DNA from: Lytechinus pictus
Lineage: Eukaryota
Assembly: GCF_037042905.1 (NCBI RefSeq)
Contig: NC_087251.1
Location: 6,202,001-6,266,000, forward strand
Length of the DNA stretch: 64,000 nt
Reading direction: 5' to 3'
The notes under the pieces were generated by a model that saw only the letters and a program-made list of their open reading frames with translations, was not told the origin of the DNA and did not search any database. This document shows positions 10,801 to 22,900 of the stretch, in pieces (the first letter of the stretch is position 1; every line of letters starts with the position of its first letter). The translations under genes were made by a program, and so were the position numbers.

Positions 10801-13800
10801 ATATATGTATTTTTATTTGATGTAATTTGGTAACAGTTAGTAGTGTGATAATTATGTTTTAATCTGTTGTAATTATAATCTATAACATTTATGAACATGG
10901 TTTTCACTGCTAAGTATTCTAAACACTTATCTGAAACAAGTGTGGTACTTTAAATTGTAAAGAATTAAATAGATACATTGTAAATGATGATGAATCTCAT
11001 AAAACATCAATCTGTGCACACTGGCAGATAATATGCAAATTAACTGGTTTCAATTGGATCCAGTTGGGTAACTGGAAAATTTCCAATTGGAAACCAATTG
11101 GAAATCATTTCCAGTTACCCAACTGGATCCAGTAAGGATTTCCAGTTACCCAACTGGTTCCAGTTTTATTTCCAGTTACCCAACTGGTTCCAATTAGAAT
11201 TCATTTCCAGTTACCCACCTTTCCAGTTAGAAGTCATCTCCAGTTACCCAATTGGTTCCAGTTAGGATTTCCACTTACCCAACTGGTTCAAGTTAGGATT
11301 TCCAGTTACCCAACTGGTTCCAGTTAGAAATCATTTCCAGTTGTAAGTCATTTCCAGTTACCCACCTTTCCAGTTAGGATTTCCAGTTACCCAACTGGTT
11401 CCAGTTAGGATTTCCAGTTGCCCAACTGGTTCCAGTTAGGATTTCCAGTTACCCAACTGGTTCCAGTTAGAAATCATTTCCAGTTGTAAGTCATTTCCAG
11501 TTACCCAACTGGTTCCAGTTAGGATTTCCAGTTACCCAACTGGTTCCAGTTAGGATTTCCAGTTGCCCAACTGGTTCCAGTTAGGATTTCCAGTTACCCA
11601 ACTGGTTCCAGTTAGAAATCATTTCCAGTTGTAAGTCATTTCCAGTTACCCAACTGGTTCCAGTTATGATTTCCATTTGCCCAACTGGTTTCATTTGGTT
11701 TCATCTGGGAATTGTTAAATTCCAGTTAAAACCAATTGAAACCAGTTGAAACCAATTGAAACCAGTTGGAAATCCAACTGGTTTCAATTGGATTTTGGTC
11801 CTGGGTTGGTACGCAAATGAGACTATGACGTCATCCACTCACTATTTCTTTTGTATTTTATTATATGAAATACGAAATATTCTAATTTTCTCATTGTCAA
11901 GTGATACAACAATTAATTCCTCCCTGAACATGTGGAATTAGCATTGTTTAATACTATATGGTTCGGTCAAGTTGGTCCTTATTGTCAAATCTATAAAAAA
12001 AATGAAATATTGTATAATTCAAACAATAAAAAACAAAAGAAATAGTGAGTGATGGACATCATCGACTGACTCACATAGTTGTGCATATCACTGTTTTGTG
12101 AAAAATAAGCGAAATTTTAAAATGTCATAACTTTCTTATTTTACATCCGATTTTGATGAAATTTTCAGCACTATGTTAGTTTGATTTTTCTCTATTTATT
12201 CAAGTCAGCATTTTCCTGGGGTGTACTTGACCTTTAATAGGTAATTCTGAAGTCGGTGATAGAATAATGAGTTTGAGGCTATTATATTGAAGAGAAAATA
12301 GCAGTATTAAAGTGATATGATTAGTCAGAGGAAGCTAGCATGTAAATAAAACAGTGGATAGACCTGTTAGGAAAATACCTGTGGTGAATTAGAAAGGAGT
12401 TACGTCTTTACTAGGGTTGCTCCTGGTAGCCTAAATTAGAAAGTGGTTGAGAGGCCCATCTGGAGTAGAATTAGTTGAAAAGGTAAGGTACATTGTTGGA
12501 ATAGAATTTAGATTGTACATTCAAACTAGGCCCGTTTCGGGTACACGTGTACACGTGTACACGCACGGTCAAGTCAGTGCACGTGTACTAAATTCCATCA
12601 CCGTGTACACGGTAGCATCTGCATAAAGCTTGCATGGGACTACAAAATCAGTGAACAAGCTCACAGCCTCACATTAAATCATAGTTCTCAGACACTGCAC
12701 ATATTCTAATTACTAATATGTCAATATATTTCAATTAATCTAGAGTGAGTTCACTTCCAAAATCGCCGATTTAATCCACGTACATTCTGGAGACTCAAGT
12801 TTTTGTACCACGAAATGGGTCTGCTCCGCCTCCGGTCTCGAAAGTGTTGCTCAATCACACTCATAGCCAATTTGAGAATCACCAATTGCAACAGCGATCA
12901 TTGCTACAACTTACGTGTTATACGCTCGTACACATGTGCTACAAGCCTACAAACAAACGCTCCTCAAATTGGCAACAAAATAATGAAAATCAATCGATAA
13001 CTTCAGTTACACTTAATTCTGCAGCGATCTGTGGGTGTCACGCGCGTAAAACATTCCCCATAGACTTGTGTGTTAAAATGGCACTTTTGAAAAATTCATA
13101 AAAAATAAATGTGAAATTAGAGGGTGGAATGTTTACTACCAATGGATAGGATATATATCTGACATTCCAAATCTGACCAGGAAAGGGTACCGTAGCCAGC
13201 TCATTTTAAAAATAAATCGCCATTTATAAAGATAACTATGAATCGATCGAATTCATCAACTGAAACAGTAAAATAGCCCTAATTATTCCGCCAGTCAAAA
13301 AATAGTTCCAAATTACTTATTTATCTTCCCAATTTGGGCGAAGTAAGTTCAGTAGTTACCATTTCTAGAATCAGTGTTAGATTTTGAATCACATTCATAC
13401 ATTTTTGTCAATCAGCAATATCAAATTGACAAAAATTCGAATGGGTTGGGTCGAACGAATATCTTTAGCCCTCCTGATGTAATTAGGCTCGTGGAACCTA
13501 TATTATGTGACTTATGTATTTTATTTTTTTGAATAGCTACTTTTCTATTCTTTTATATCTGTACACTCACACTAGCACAAAGAAATACATTGAAAATGCC
13601 TATTTTCTATGCAATGACCCATTTTAATGTGTTACCCATACATGTTATTTTCACTATTTATGGATGTATACAAATCCTACCTGCATATAGCCCAACAGTG
13701 AATGCAATGACAATATAGGTCCCTATCAATTGTAATATAAAAGTGTATGTAAATTCTGTGTAGATATCAGGATACCAGAACTGTCCCAAACATAATTACC

Positions 13801-13920
13801 AAATATACATGAGATTGGATGAGGAAACAATAAAAGAATACTAATTTAGTATATTTGCATTTGACCTATTCAAAATCTTCCTAGGGCTGTTGCCTCTCAG
13901 ATGTAAGAAGGAAGAGATAC

Positions 13921-13967
<47 letters not shown>

Positions 13968-16900
13968 AAAATAATTTTATAGATGGCATGGCTTAATAAA
14001 GGGGGGGGGGCTATACTAAGATTGCAGCACACAGCCACCCCCTCCCTCCCTAGTTGAGCACTATTAGATACCTTACCTTACTCTGTGCCCCTTTCTAAAT
14101 ACCTTCTTGAAGGCACCACTCTAGTTCTCTTTAGTAAAGTTCTCAAAGTTCTATCTCCTCTCTACATACCCCCTTCCTAAGAACAATTTTAACATGAGGA
14201 ATTTCTAAAGGTCTTTCTAATGCTAAGTAGGTGATGTACACTAACACAAAACAATGATAAATCAGAACATAAAGAGGCCTTGACTCTATACATTGACCAA
14301 TATACATACATTCCTAGGCTACACAGACCTACTAACTTTACCTGATGTAGCCCTGCTAGCCATTAAATCCATTTTTTTACACCACTTGATGACTAAACAT
14401 ATTGATATCAGTGAGAAATTGTTTGCTACTGAAGAGTTTGGCCAGGTATTCCATCCACTACTAGGGATTTCCCATATTACTTACAGGTGTCACGCGCGTA
14501 AAACATTCCCCATAGACTTGTGTGTTAAAATGGCACTTTTGAAAAATTCATAAAAAATAAATGTGAAATTAGAGGGTGGAATGTTTACTACCAATGGATA
14601 GGATATATATCTGACATTCCAAATCTGACCAGGAAAGGGTACCGTAGCCAGCTCATTTTAAAAATAAATCGCCATTTATAAAGATAACTATGAATCGATC
14701 GAATTCATCAACTGAAACAGTAAAATAGCCCTAATTATTCCGCCAGTCAAAAAATAGTTCCAAATTACTTATTTATCTTCCCAATTTGGGCGAAGTAAGT
14801 TCAGTAGTTACCATTTCTAGAATCAGTGTTAGATTTTGAATCACATTCATACATTTTTGTCAATCAGCAATATCAAATTGACAAAAATTCGAATGGGTTG
14901 GGTCGAACGAATATCTTTAGCCCTCCTGATGTAATTAGGCTCGTGGAACCTGTGCATGCACGTACGGTACAGTATACAAAATGCGCATCCAACGAGCGTC
15001 GGCGCTAGCAGGGCCCTGCACTGATTTTCTTTTGCATTCTTTATTAATTTAATGCGCTGCTAAGCTGAGTAAACTTTTAATTTGCACCAATTTTTGTGGA
15101 TTGATACTTCAAACTTCTCTGGTAAGCTTTAAAACCGTGACTTAGGCTATATAGACCCCCTTTTTAATGACATGTTGATGCAGGTCCGTGTCGACATGAA
15201 AACAACTCGCTCTCAGAGTGTTTACAACGTGTACACGTGTACACGACCGAAAAACACGCCGTGTACACGTGCATCAAAAATGGACTTTCAAAACGGGCCT
15301 AATTCAAACCTTGTTCCTATTTAGATAGAATATAGATTACCTAGGTATAGGTTACCTAGGTTTATTAGATGGAATATTTACTTGTACATTACAGGATAAC
15401 AGCAACTGTAGTCAAAATAAGAAATTATTCAAGTTCGAAGTGATACACAATGAATTGAACTCTAGGCCTTGTTTGTTGAAGAATAGTTAATTAAGTTATT
15501 TGTTTCTTTTGAACAATAAGACTGATAGATTTATTCTCTTCAATGTCTGATTAGGCAATAGTTACAATGGAAATGGATGAAATTGATAGTTTAACATCTT
15601 GATTAGATAGCAGTTTTGATCGTCTGACTTTTTATCAGACAATTAACCATGTCATTGCACTTTAGATTGCTAGCTACCTTATTTATGTAGAGGATGTGAT
15701 TGAGAGAGAATAGCCCCATGTACAGAGTAGTTGTAGGTTACAAGGGTAATTTGGTAAATTTGACTTGTTTGAGCAGTTTGAGCAGTTTTGTTGAGTTGAA
15801 CTGTAGTGTGTGAGATAATAAAGCAATATTGACTGGCCTCGGGACGATACAACTTATATTGCCCAAACTAGATTATAATCAACGTAGACAAGGGTGATAA
15901 TCAATTTAGTTAGGGCGATATATGTCCTTTCGCCCCCAGGCCAGTCAATATTGCTATTATTAACCAAATCAGACATCTAGAGCAAAAATTGTTAAAATTG
16001 ATATATTTTAGAGTTTAAGAATGGGAATCTATTTTGTCATGTTGAGCAGACTGGGCCTCTGAACTTTACTATTTTGACGTAATTGAAATGACACGTCCCT
16101 GGCCTAGGGACGCAGTATCCAGCGTTGTCTCAACTTGAGTAACATTGGGACGCATAGCACTGCGCGGTTCAAGTACGCGTACAAAAACGCGTTGAATACC
16201 CGGATGTTAGCTCTGCCTTACTGCCCGCTACATTTCCACGCATTTTCTCATTGACTTTCTTGAGCGGGCAATAAATTGGTTCTGTGGATAAGCAATTGGA
16301 AACTTATTGACCGACCATTTGACCACAGTTATAAGCAGGCAATGTATTGAAGTTGCCCTGCTCAGATGTCTGATATGGTTACCAGTAATAATTGTTTCAA
16401 TGTTGTGACTGAGTAGTTAACTCACCATTATTGTTGAAAGTGGAAGCCTGAACCTATGTGTGACAATGGAATTCTCATGTTGTAAAGGGAGGATGATTCT
16501 GATGCTCCTATATTTTAGTTCAGATGAGTGCAGCTTACCTTTTTAGTATTATTGTATAATGGTGGTATGAGGAGTGAGAAAACTCCATCCAACTTTCCAT
16601 CCAACTCTCTTTCTCTCTCTCTCATGCACACACACATTTCCTTTTCACTCCACCCTTTCCTACTTTCCTTTCTATCTTTTTTTCATCCTATTCCTCTTAA
16701 ATTCTTTCTTTCTATTTCTCATATTTTCCTTTTCTTTATTTCTTTATCCATATCTTTTTCTCATAAAGTCAAAAAGGGGCCTAAGCTTTCGATCCTAGCA
16801 GAATCTTCGTCGGAGGCAAAATGACAAACATATAAAGTGGAACAACCATAATATAGACCACAAACAAGCTACAGCAACACTAGAAACAAGGAGACAAAAG

Positions 16901-19900
16901 GGGCATTAGTGAGTAGAGAAGACCAATCAGGTTAGTGAAGGGGATGAAAGAAAAGGAGTAGGCAGACACAAAGGGAAGTTAGTGTAAGTAAGGCCAAGAG
17001 GGATTAAGATAATGAGGCAGGCAACATCAAACAGGATCTGGAACAAAACAGTGATAGAGGGATGAATAACTAGAGAATTAGTGAGAGGTGGGTCAAACAG
17101 GTTACAAAGAAAGGCTTAATAAACTGGTGCATAAGAGTGGGGGGGAAAAAAGAAGAAAAAGAATGGGGAACAACTGATAATGTGCAAAAGACATATAAGT
17201 TGTTGTTTCATCATGACTTTATTCAAGTTCAAAGACACTGATATACAATATATACATAAAGAGACCAGGTCCATCGTTTCCATTCCAAACAAATGGCAGG
17301 TCAGTACATGGATTACAAGACAAGTAATACGTATATATACCAATATAGATAATTATTTAGGGTAACATAAATGCAGGAAAATAATTAGTTAAAGCTGTCG
17401 TTGATATCACGTTGTAAAAAAAAAAAAAAACACTCAATCAGTCTTCTAAATCAGAGCTGGATGTGTAAATGGAATTAATCAACTACATTATAAGTTTTTG
17501 TGTATTAAAATTAATATAATTAGCTACTGACATCACAAATTTATGAAAGTAATATTAGTAAAGTACATTTGCCTTACGCAGAAAACATAGTTAAGAAAAT
17601 TATCTTGGGCCCTTGGGGATAGTTACGGGTCCAAGTGACGTACCACCCCCCAGGTTCGCTCTTTTCTTGCGTAGAATATCGAAAAAGAGGAGAGTATGGC
17701 GAGTTTAGAAAGGGTATGGAAAAATTCGGTTGGTCGGACTTTCGAGCTTGTTGTTCTGAGGAGTTTTTTAAGGCGGTGTTTATTATTCCGGTCTACTAGG
17801 CCCCTTGCCCCGATTTCTACGGCGTAGAATGACACCATGTACCCCTTGTCTTTGATATCCCTAACGATTGACTCGTACTTTGTGCTTTTCCTTTGGTGTG
17901 CATCTTCGATGTTGGTTTCAAATGGGATTGTTAATTCGGTGATAATTATCTCTTTCTGATCCTCCCGTAAAATTACTAAATCTGGGCGCAAAGTGGTTGT
18001 GAGTATGTGGGGTGGTATGGTGCCCCCGGCGATTGAATGCCCTTCTAAATCAGTATAAATATTCCCGTTAGTCAGATTTTCAAGAAATGTTTTGTGCATG
18101 AACCTCAAAATGTTATTATGACGCCACTCATATCTCTCAAGGAAGACTGGGCAGTTTGAGAGTATATGATGGAGGGTGCCTGTGGTACCAGGACAGAATA
18201 TACATTTGTCATTTAGGCGTTTACCCCAGGTATGCAAGTTTGTATAAGAGGGCAAAGAGTCAATACATGCATTAACAACAAAACTTAGAACTCGTTTTGG
18301 GAGATTATACATAATAGATTTCCAAGTTAGGTTTTCATTTTGCAGTAATAACAAGGAAGCAAATTTTCCCTGGACCAAGAGTGGCTCCACTCTATCTGAC
18401 CAATATTTAACTGTGTCTTCCTCTATTATCTTCTTAACGGTTCTCTTCACAGTATGCCATGGACTAGTCTCAACATTGATAGCATTTTCAACTCTACGAT
18501 GGGTTTCGTTACATTGTACGACAGTTGATTGTTTACGTGACCATTGTGACTCTCTTTCAATAGCAGAGTCAATCGCTTGATTAACTACTGAATCCGCTTT
18601 AACTCTCGATCTGCTAAAAGCGGTAGATTGGGATTGGCGGTAAATGTCGGATAGTCTCTGGATATTGAGACCTTGAGGTAAGTGGACCATAGCAATGTTG
18701 GCACCTCGAGAAGGGATACCTAACCAATTTTTCAGGTATTTATCGGTTAGCACGTCGAGTTTATCCAAATGGGTTTTTTGTAATGTATGGACTGTGAGCA
18801 AAAAGCGGATAGAATTGAGTACGTATCGTGAGTAAATGGCAACTTTAAACTCAGGACGTACGGATAATTCGTCTACTCTTTGTATTCTGTCAGCAATTTC
18901 CTTATGGACAAAATCATATACTTCAGCTGGTTTGCCATTGAAACAAATATTTGATCCCAAAAATTTGTGCGGCTTTTCTCTGATTGAACGAATACTTTCT
19001 GTGCCGATTGAGAACTTGATTTCTTTCGGGGTACCTCCACAAATTGACAGACTGCAACATTTGACAGGTTTTAATTTGAGTCCCATCGACGATGTGTATG
19101 AATGTAACTGATCAATTATCTTTTGATGTTGTACTTTATTATTGGTTATTAAATTAAAATCGTCGGCGTACGGGGTTGTTATGATCCTGGTACCATTCAG
19201 GTCATATCCCAGACTATCTTTCATTTGACCGAGGTATTCAATGAGGGGGTTAAAACATGACAAGAAGATGATAGGTGAAAGGGGATCTCCTTGGAACACA
19301 CCTTTTTTTAACCTAAATGTTTCAGATGACCATTTATTGCCTTTTACATTGCCTTGTAATCTACCATATAGATTACGAATGTACGCTGACAGATTATTAG
19401 GCACATGAAATCGACGTAGAGAATGGGAAATTAGCTCGTGAGATACACTACCAAAAGCATCAGCTAAGTCAAAGAACGTGACATGTACAGTGCGTTTCCT
19501 AGCTTTACTATGTGACATTATTTCATGTAAGACTTGATTGTGTTCCACACAACCATTGATACCATTAATAAATGCCTTCTGAACGTTATGGTCAATGTAA
19601 TTATTTGTAGTCAAGTAGTCAACTAAACGATTTGCTAGTAATTGATGGAAAACTTTACTTACACAAGAAGTTAACGAGATCATTCTGAAATTTTCTGGTA
19701 CATTGGTATCCCCGCCCTTGTGTATGAGCGTTACTTGGCAACGGGACCAACTCTCAGGGGGGTCGTGTGTTTCGAGAAGAAGTTGAGAAAATAGGGTGGC
19801 CAAAAAATGATGAACACACAGAGTATTTTTTAACAAACCATACATAAGGCCGTCTGGCCCGGGAGCAGAAGATGCCTTCTTGGCATTTAATACCAATTTC

Positions 19901-22900
19901 ACTTGCTTAGGAGTAACCAGGGTCAAATCGAAATCATGGTTTGATTCATTAACATCAATGTAGGGAAACCAAATACATCTATTAAAGTCAATATGCTCTG
20001 TTTGAGAATATTTTCGTGGGTAGTACTCATCCGCGATTTCTTTCGAGAAGGAAATGGTGGGCGTAGTTCTGTTAAAGTCTCCGTTACATACTTGTTTCGA
20101 AAAGTTCCAAAAGTCATTTCTGTATCTTTTTTCTTGGTAAGCTGCGGTCTTTTCGGCTTTCCTCTTGTCAGATCGCTTTTTCAGAAAAGATACTGCTTTA
20201 ACGGCCGATCGGAAATTTTTCCTGTCCTCGTCCGTGCCTTCTTTGCTGAATGCTTTTCGGCGAAGAAAGTTTTTTCTTTTCCGCGCATCGGCGAGGGTTT
20301 TTGGTTCATGCTCGACATATTCGTGGGAGTTGTTTTCTTGAACGAAGTCAGTTTGCGAAGCGAAGTAATCGAAGACGGTACGGCTGAAAGAATCGGCGGC
20401 CTTCTTTGGGGTCAGGATACGATGGTTTAAGTCCTCGTGAATGGGCGTTATCCGTTCTTTCAATTCATTGTTCTTTTGCTGCCATTCATTTCTCACGTAC
20501 TGCGGAATGATGAAGCGGGTAAAAGCTTCTGAATGGGCGAGGTGAACAATGAGTAGCCAAAAGCAGAGATGCATTATACCGTGGGAACCCATTGGCTTAC
20601 GATTGGTGATCACGTGGTCAGTGGGTGGCGCCAACTTTAATAGCGGCTGAAAAGCCAGCGGATTGTAGACGATCGGCTAGTGGGGAAGGTCCCCGATTCA
20701 ACGCCTTGGACGCACGTTATTTACGTTACAGTATTCGGATGAGAAATGCAAAATAATATGACATCGGGTCCTCCAATAACGGCTGATAATATTTTAATAT
20801 CAACGACTGCTAGAAATACTGAGTCACTCACCAAAACGATGATTACATTTACAGTGATGGTGGACGCGGCCAAATCCGGAATTTTAAGCAAAATTTGCAG
20901 CGGTGAAAAAACCTTTTCCGAGATTGCCGTTGCGCCCTCTTAAAAAAAAAAAGTATATATGATAAAGCATTAAACAAACTAAGAGAAGAAGGTAAGTGTA
21001 AATATGTATCTATAAGTGATATGTATATAAATATATCAACAACAAAAAAATGTATATGAAAAAATATATAAATATATACACATATGGTGTAACTGATATG
21101 GTAATCCGCTAGGTGTGACGGGAAAAAACATAGGACTATATAGCAGGAAAGAAAAAAAAAAAAAAAAAAAAACCTGTATATGTGAAAAAGAGGAAGCAAA
21201 TTGCCTAAAAAGGTAAAAGCAAATATAGAAGAGAGGGGGTGTATTATGAAGAAACCATAGTATACATGTAAATAAGCAAATGTGGTAAATCTAAAAGAGG
21301 TGAGTGGAGAAAAAACAAATATATATATATATATATAATAATTATTATATCGCCTGAATAAGGAAGGAAAAATTGGAGCTGAGCTTGTATGAGATATGGG
21401 AGGAAAGTAGAGTAAGAAACTATAATGTAACTATTCAAAAGAGCTGAGGGGAAAAATTATATGTATATATAAATTGAAAGTGGATAGGAAAGAAAAATCA
21501 GTCGTCTTTTTCTCAACAGCTTTTTGTTTTCCTCACTCCCTCTATTTAGGGTACAAATTCCACATCATAAATTCACATCCTAATTTGCCACATTCAGTGG
21601 CAGCGGTGGGATTTATTCCTATCTTTGTATCTTTTCTTTACTCTCTTAACCCCTATTGGCCACAATATCAATTAAGGTTAAATTTGGCATGTAAATGAAT
21701 CCTATCAGTCAGATATTGAAGAAAATTCAATGAAATCTATGTATGATGTTGAAAAATTATTACACTATTTCAGCCTAAAAATTCAACTGGTGTGAAAAAA
21801 TGGGGGGTGTCAACTTCCAAGCAGTGCTTGATGTAACTTACATCTAGCACTCTTCTTCCTAAAAAAAATCCTCCCAATTTATGATGTGAAATTCATACCC
21901 TAAATAGTTATGCCCTCTTTATTTCACTCTGTTTTCTGTTTATTTTCACAGACATGTGATGAGAAGCAGATTCTCCATCTTTTTGATAGTTCCAAGAAAC
22001 AGAAGACACACACACTTCATGTTCATATAAGAGGTCAAGGGTCATTGTCTTTTCAGGTCCATCAACAGACAACTTGCAGGTATTATATCTTGATATAGGT
22101 TATAGGTCTGCTTGACTTGGTTCATGTATATCACAGACCTCCAGATTCTTCTATGGCCGTGTTTATGCTTCCACTTTTTAGGCCAGAATCAGCGTTTCCA
22201 TACGTGATTAGTCCAAAACACGGTTGCGTCCATGCTTACTTTCATTTAAACAATGTTTCAAAACGCCAATCGTAAACTCACAAAAAGGTGCGTTTGTAAA
22301 CGTCTTTTGACCAGAATCAGGCTTTCTGGGGAAGTATAAACAGAACCACGATCGTAAACGTGTTTAAATGACGTCATTTGGTACATGCTTCCGGTGAGAT
22401 GCAAATACGGTCGCATTGCTCCATGGTCACATGTTACCTCCGCGTAATAACAACACTCGGAAAAAACAATTTCGAAAAAAGGCGCGCCCAATTTGACCTC
22501 GCTTTCCTGCTCAACGAAAATTACGATGCGAAGCCAGCTGGAGATCGTGATTTCGCCTCTGAAAAGTTAAGCATAAACAGCACTCCCAGAACCACGTTTA
22601 CGATTGGCGTTTTGAATCAACGTTTGAAGACGCTGATTCTGTCCTTGCAATGGAAGCATAAACACACCCTTAAATGCACCATATGTTGTTTTTAGGGGGT
22701 TTTATGGGGGGTATTTGACAATTTTATTTCTGCATAAGAGACGCAAGTTTTTTATGCCCACCTTTGTAATTAAGAGAATTCCATCTTGATATGAGACAGT
22801 TTTTGTCTAAGAGAAGGAAAAATATACAAAGTTTTAGAAGATTTTTTTTTGTAGTAAAAGGAAAAATTATTAATTTTGTTTTGTGAACACTGTCAACAGT

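Larger units (their letters stand above)
12527..15301. mobile_element. hAT-type non-autonomous element
   Basis: TIR TAGGCCCGTTT / AAACGGGCCTA, perfect 8-bp TSD ATTCAAAC (12519-12526, 15302-15309), subterminal GTGTACAC repeats. Confidence 0.88.
16764..21504 (-). mobile_element. Penelope-like/hammerhead-ended unit enclosing the HERO-type element
   Basis: Direct repeat TCTTTTTCTCA at 16753-16763 and 21505-21515; the strand composition switches abruptly at both junctions; hammerhead motif 15 nt from the left (3') end. Confidence 0.5.

Noticed and set aside
12240..15800. Old LINE fragments flanking the hAT element
   Set aside because: Composition is suggestive, but no motif could be read with confidence.
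18836..20430. Plus-strand ORFs overlapping the RT gene
   Set aside because: Antisense shadows of the long minus-strand ORF.
20635..20940. HDV-like ribozyme at the HERO 5' end
   Set aside because: Could not build the nested double pseudoknot by eye; only simple hairpins were found.
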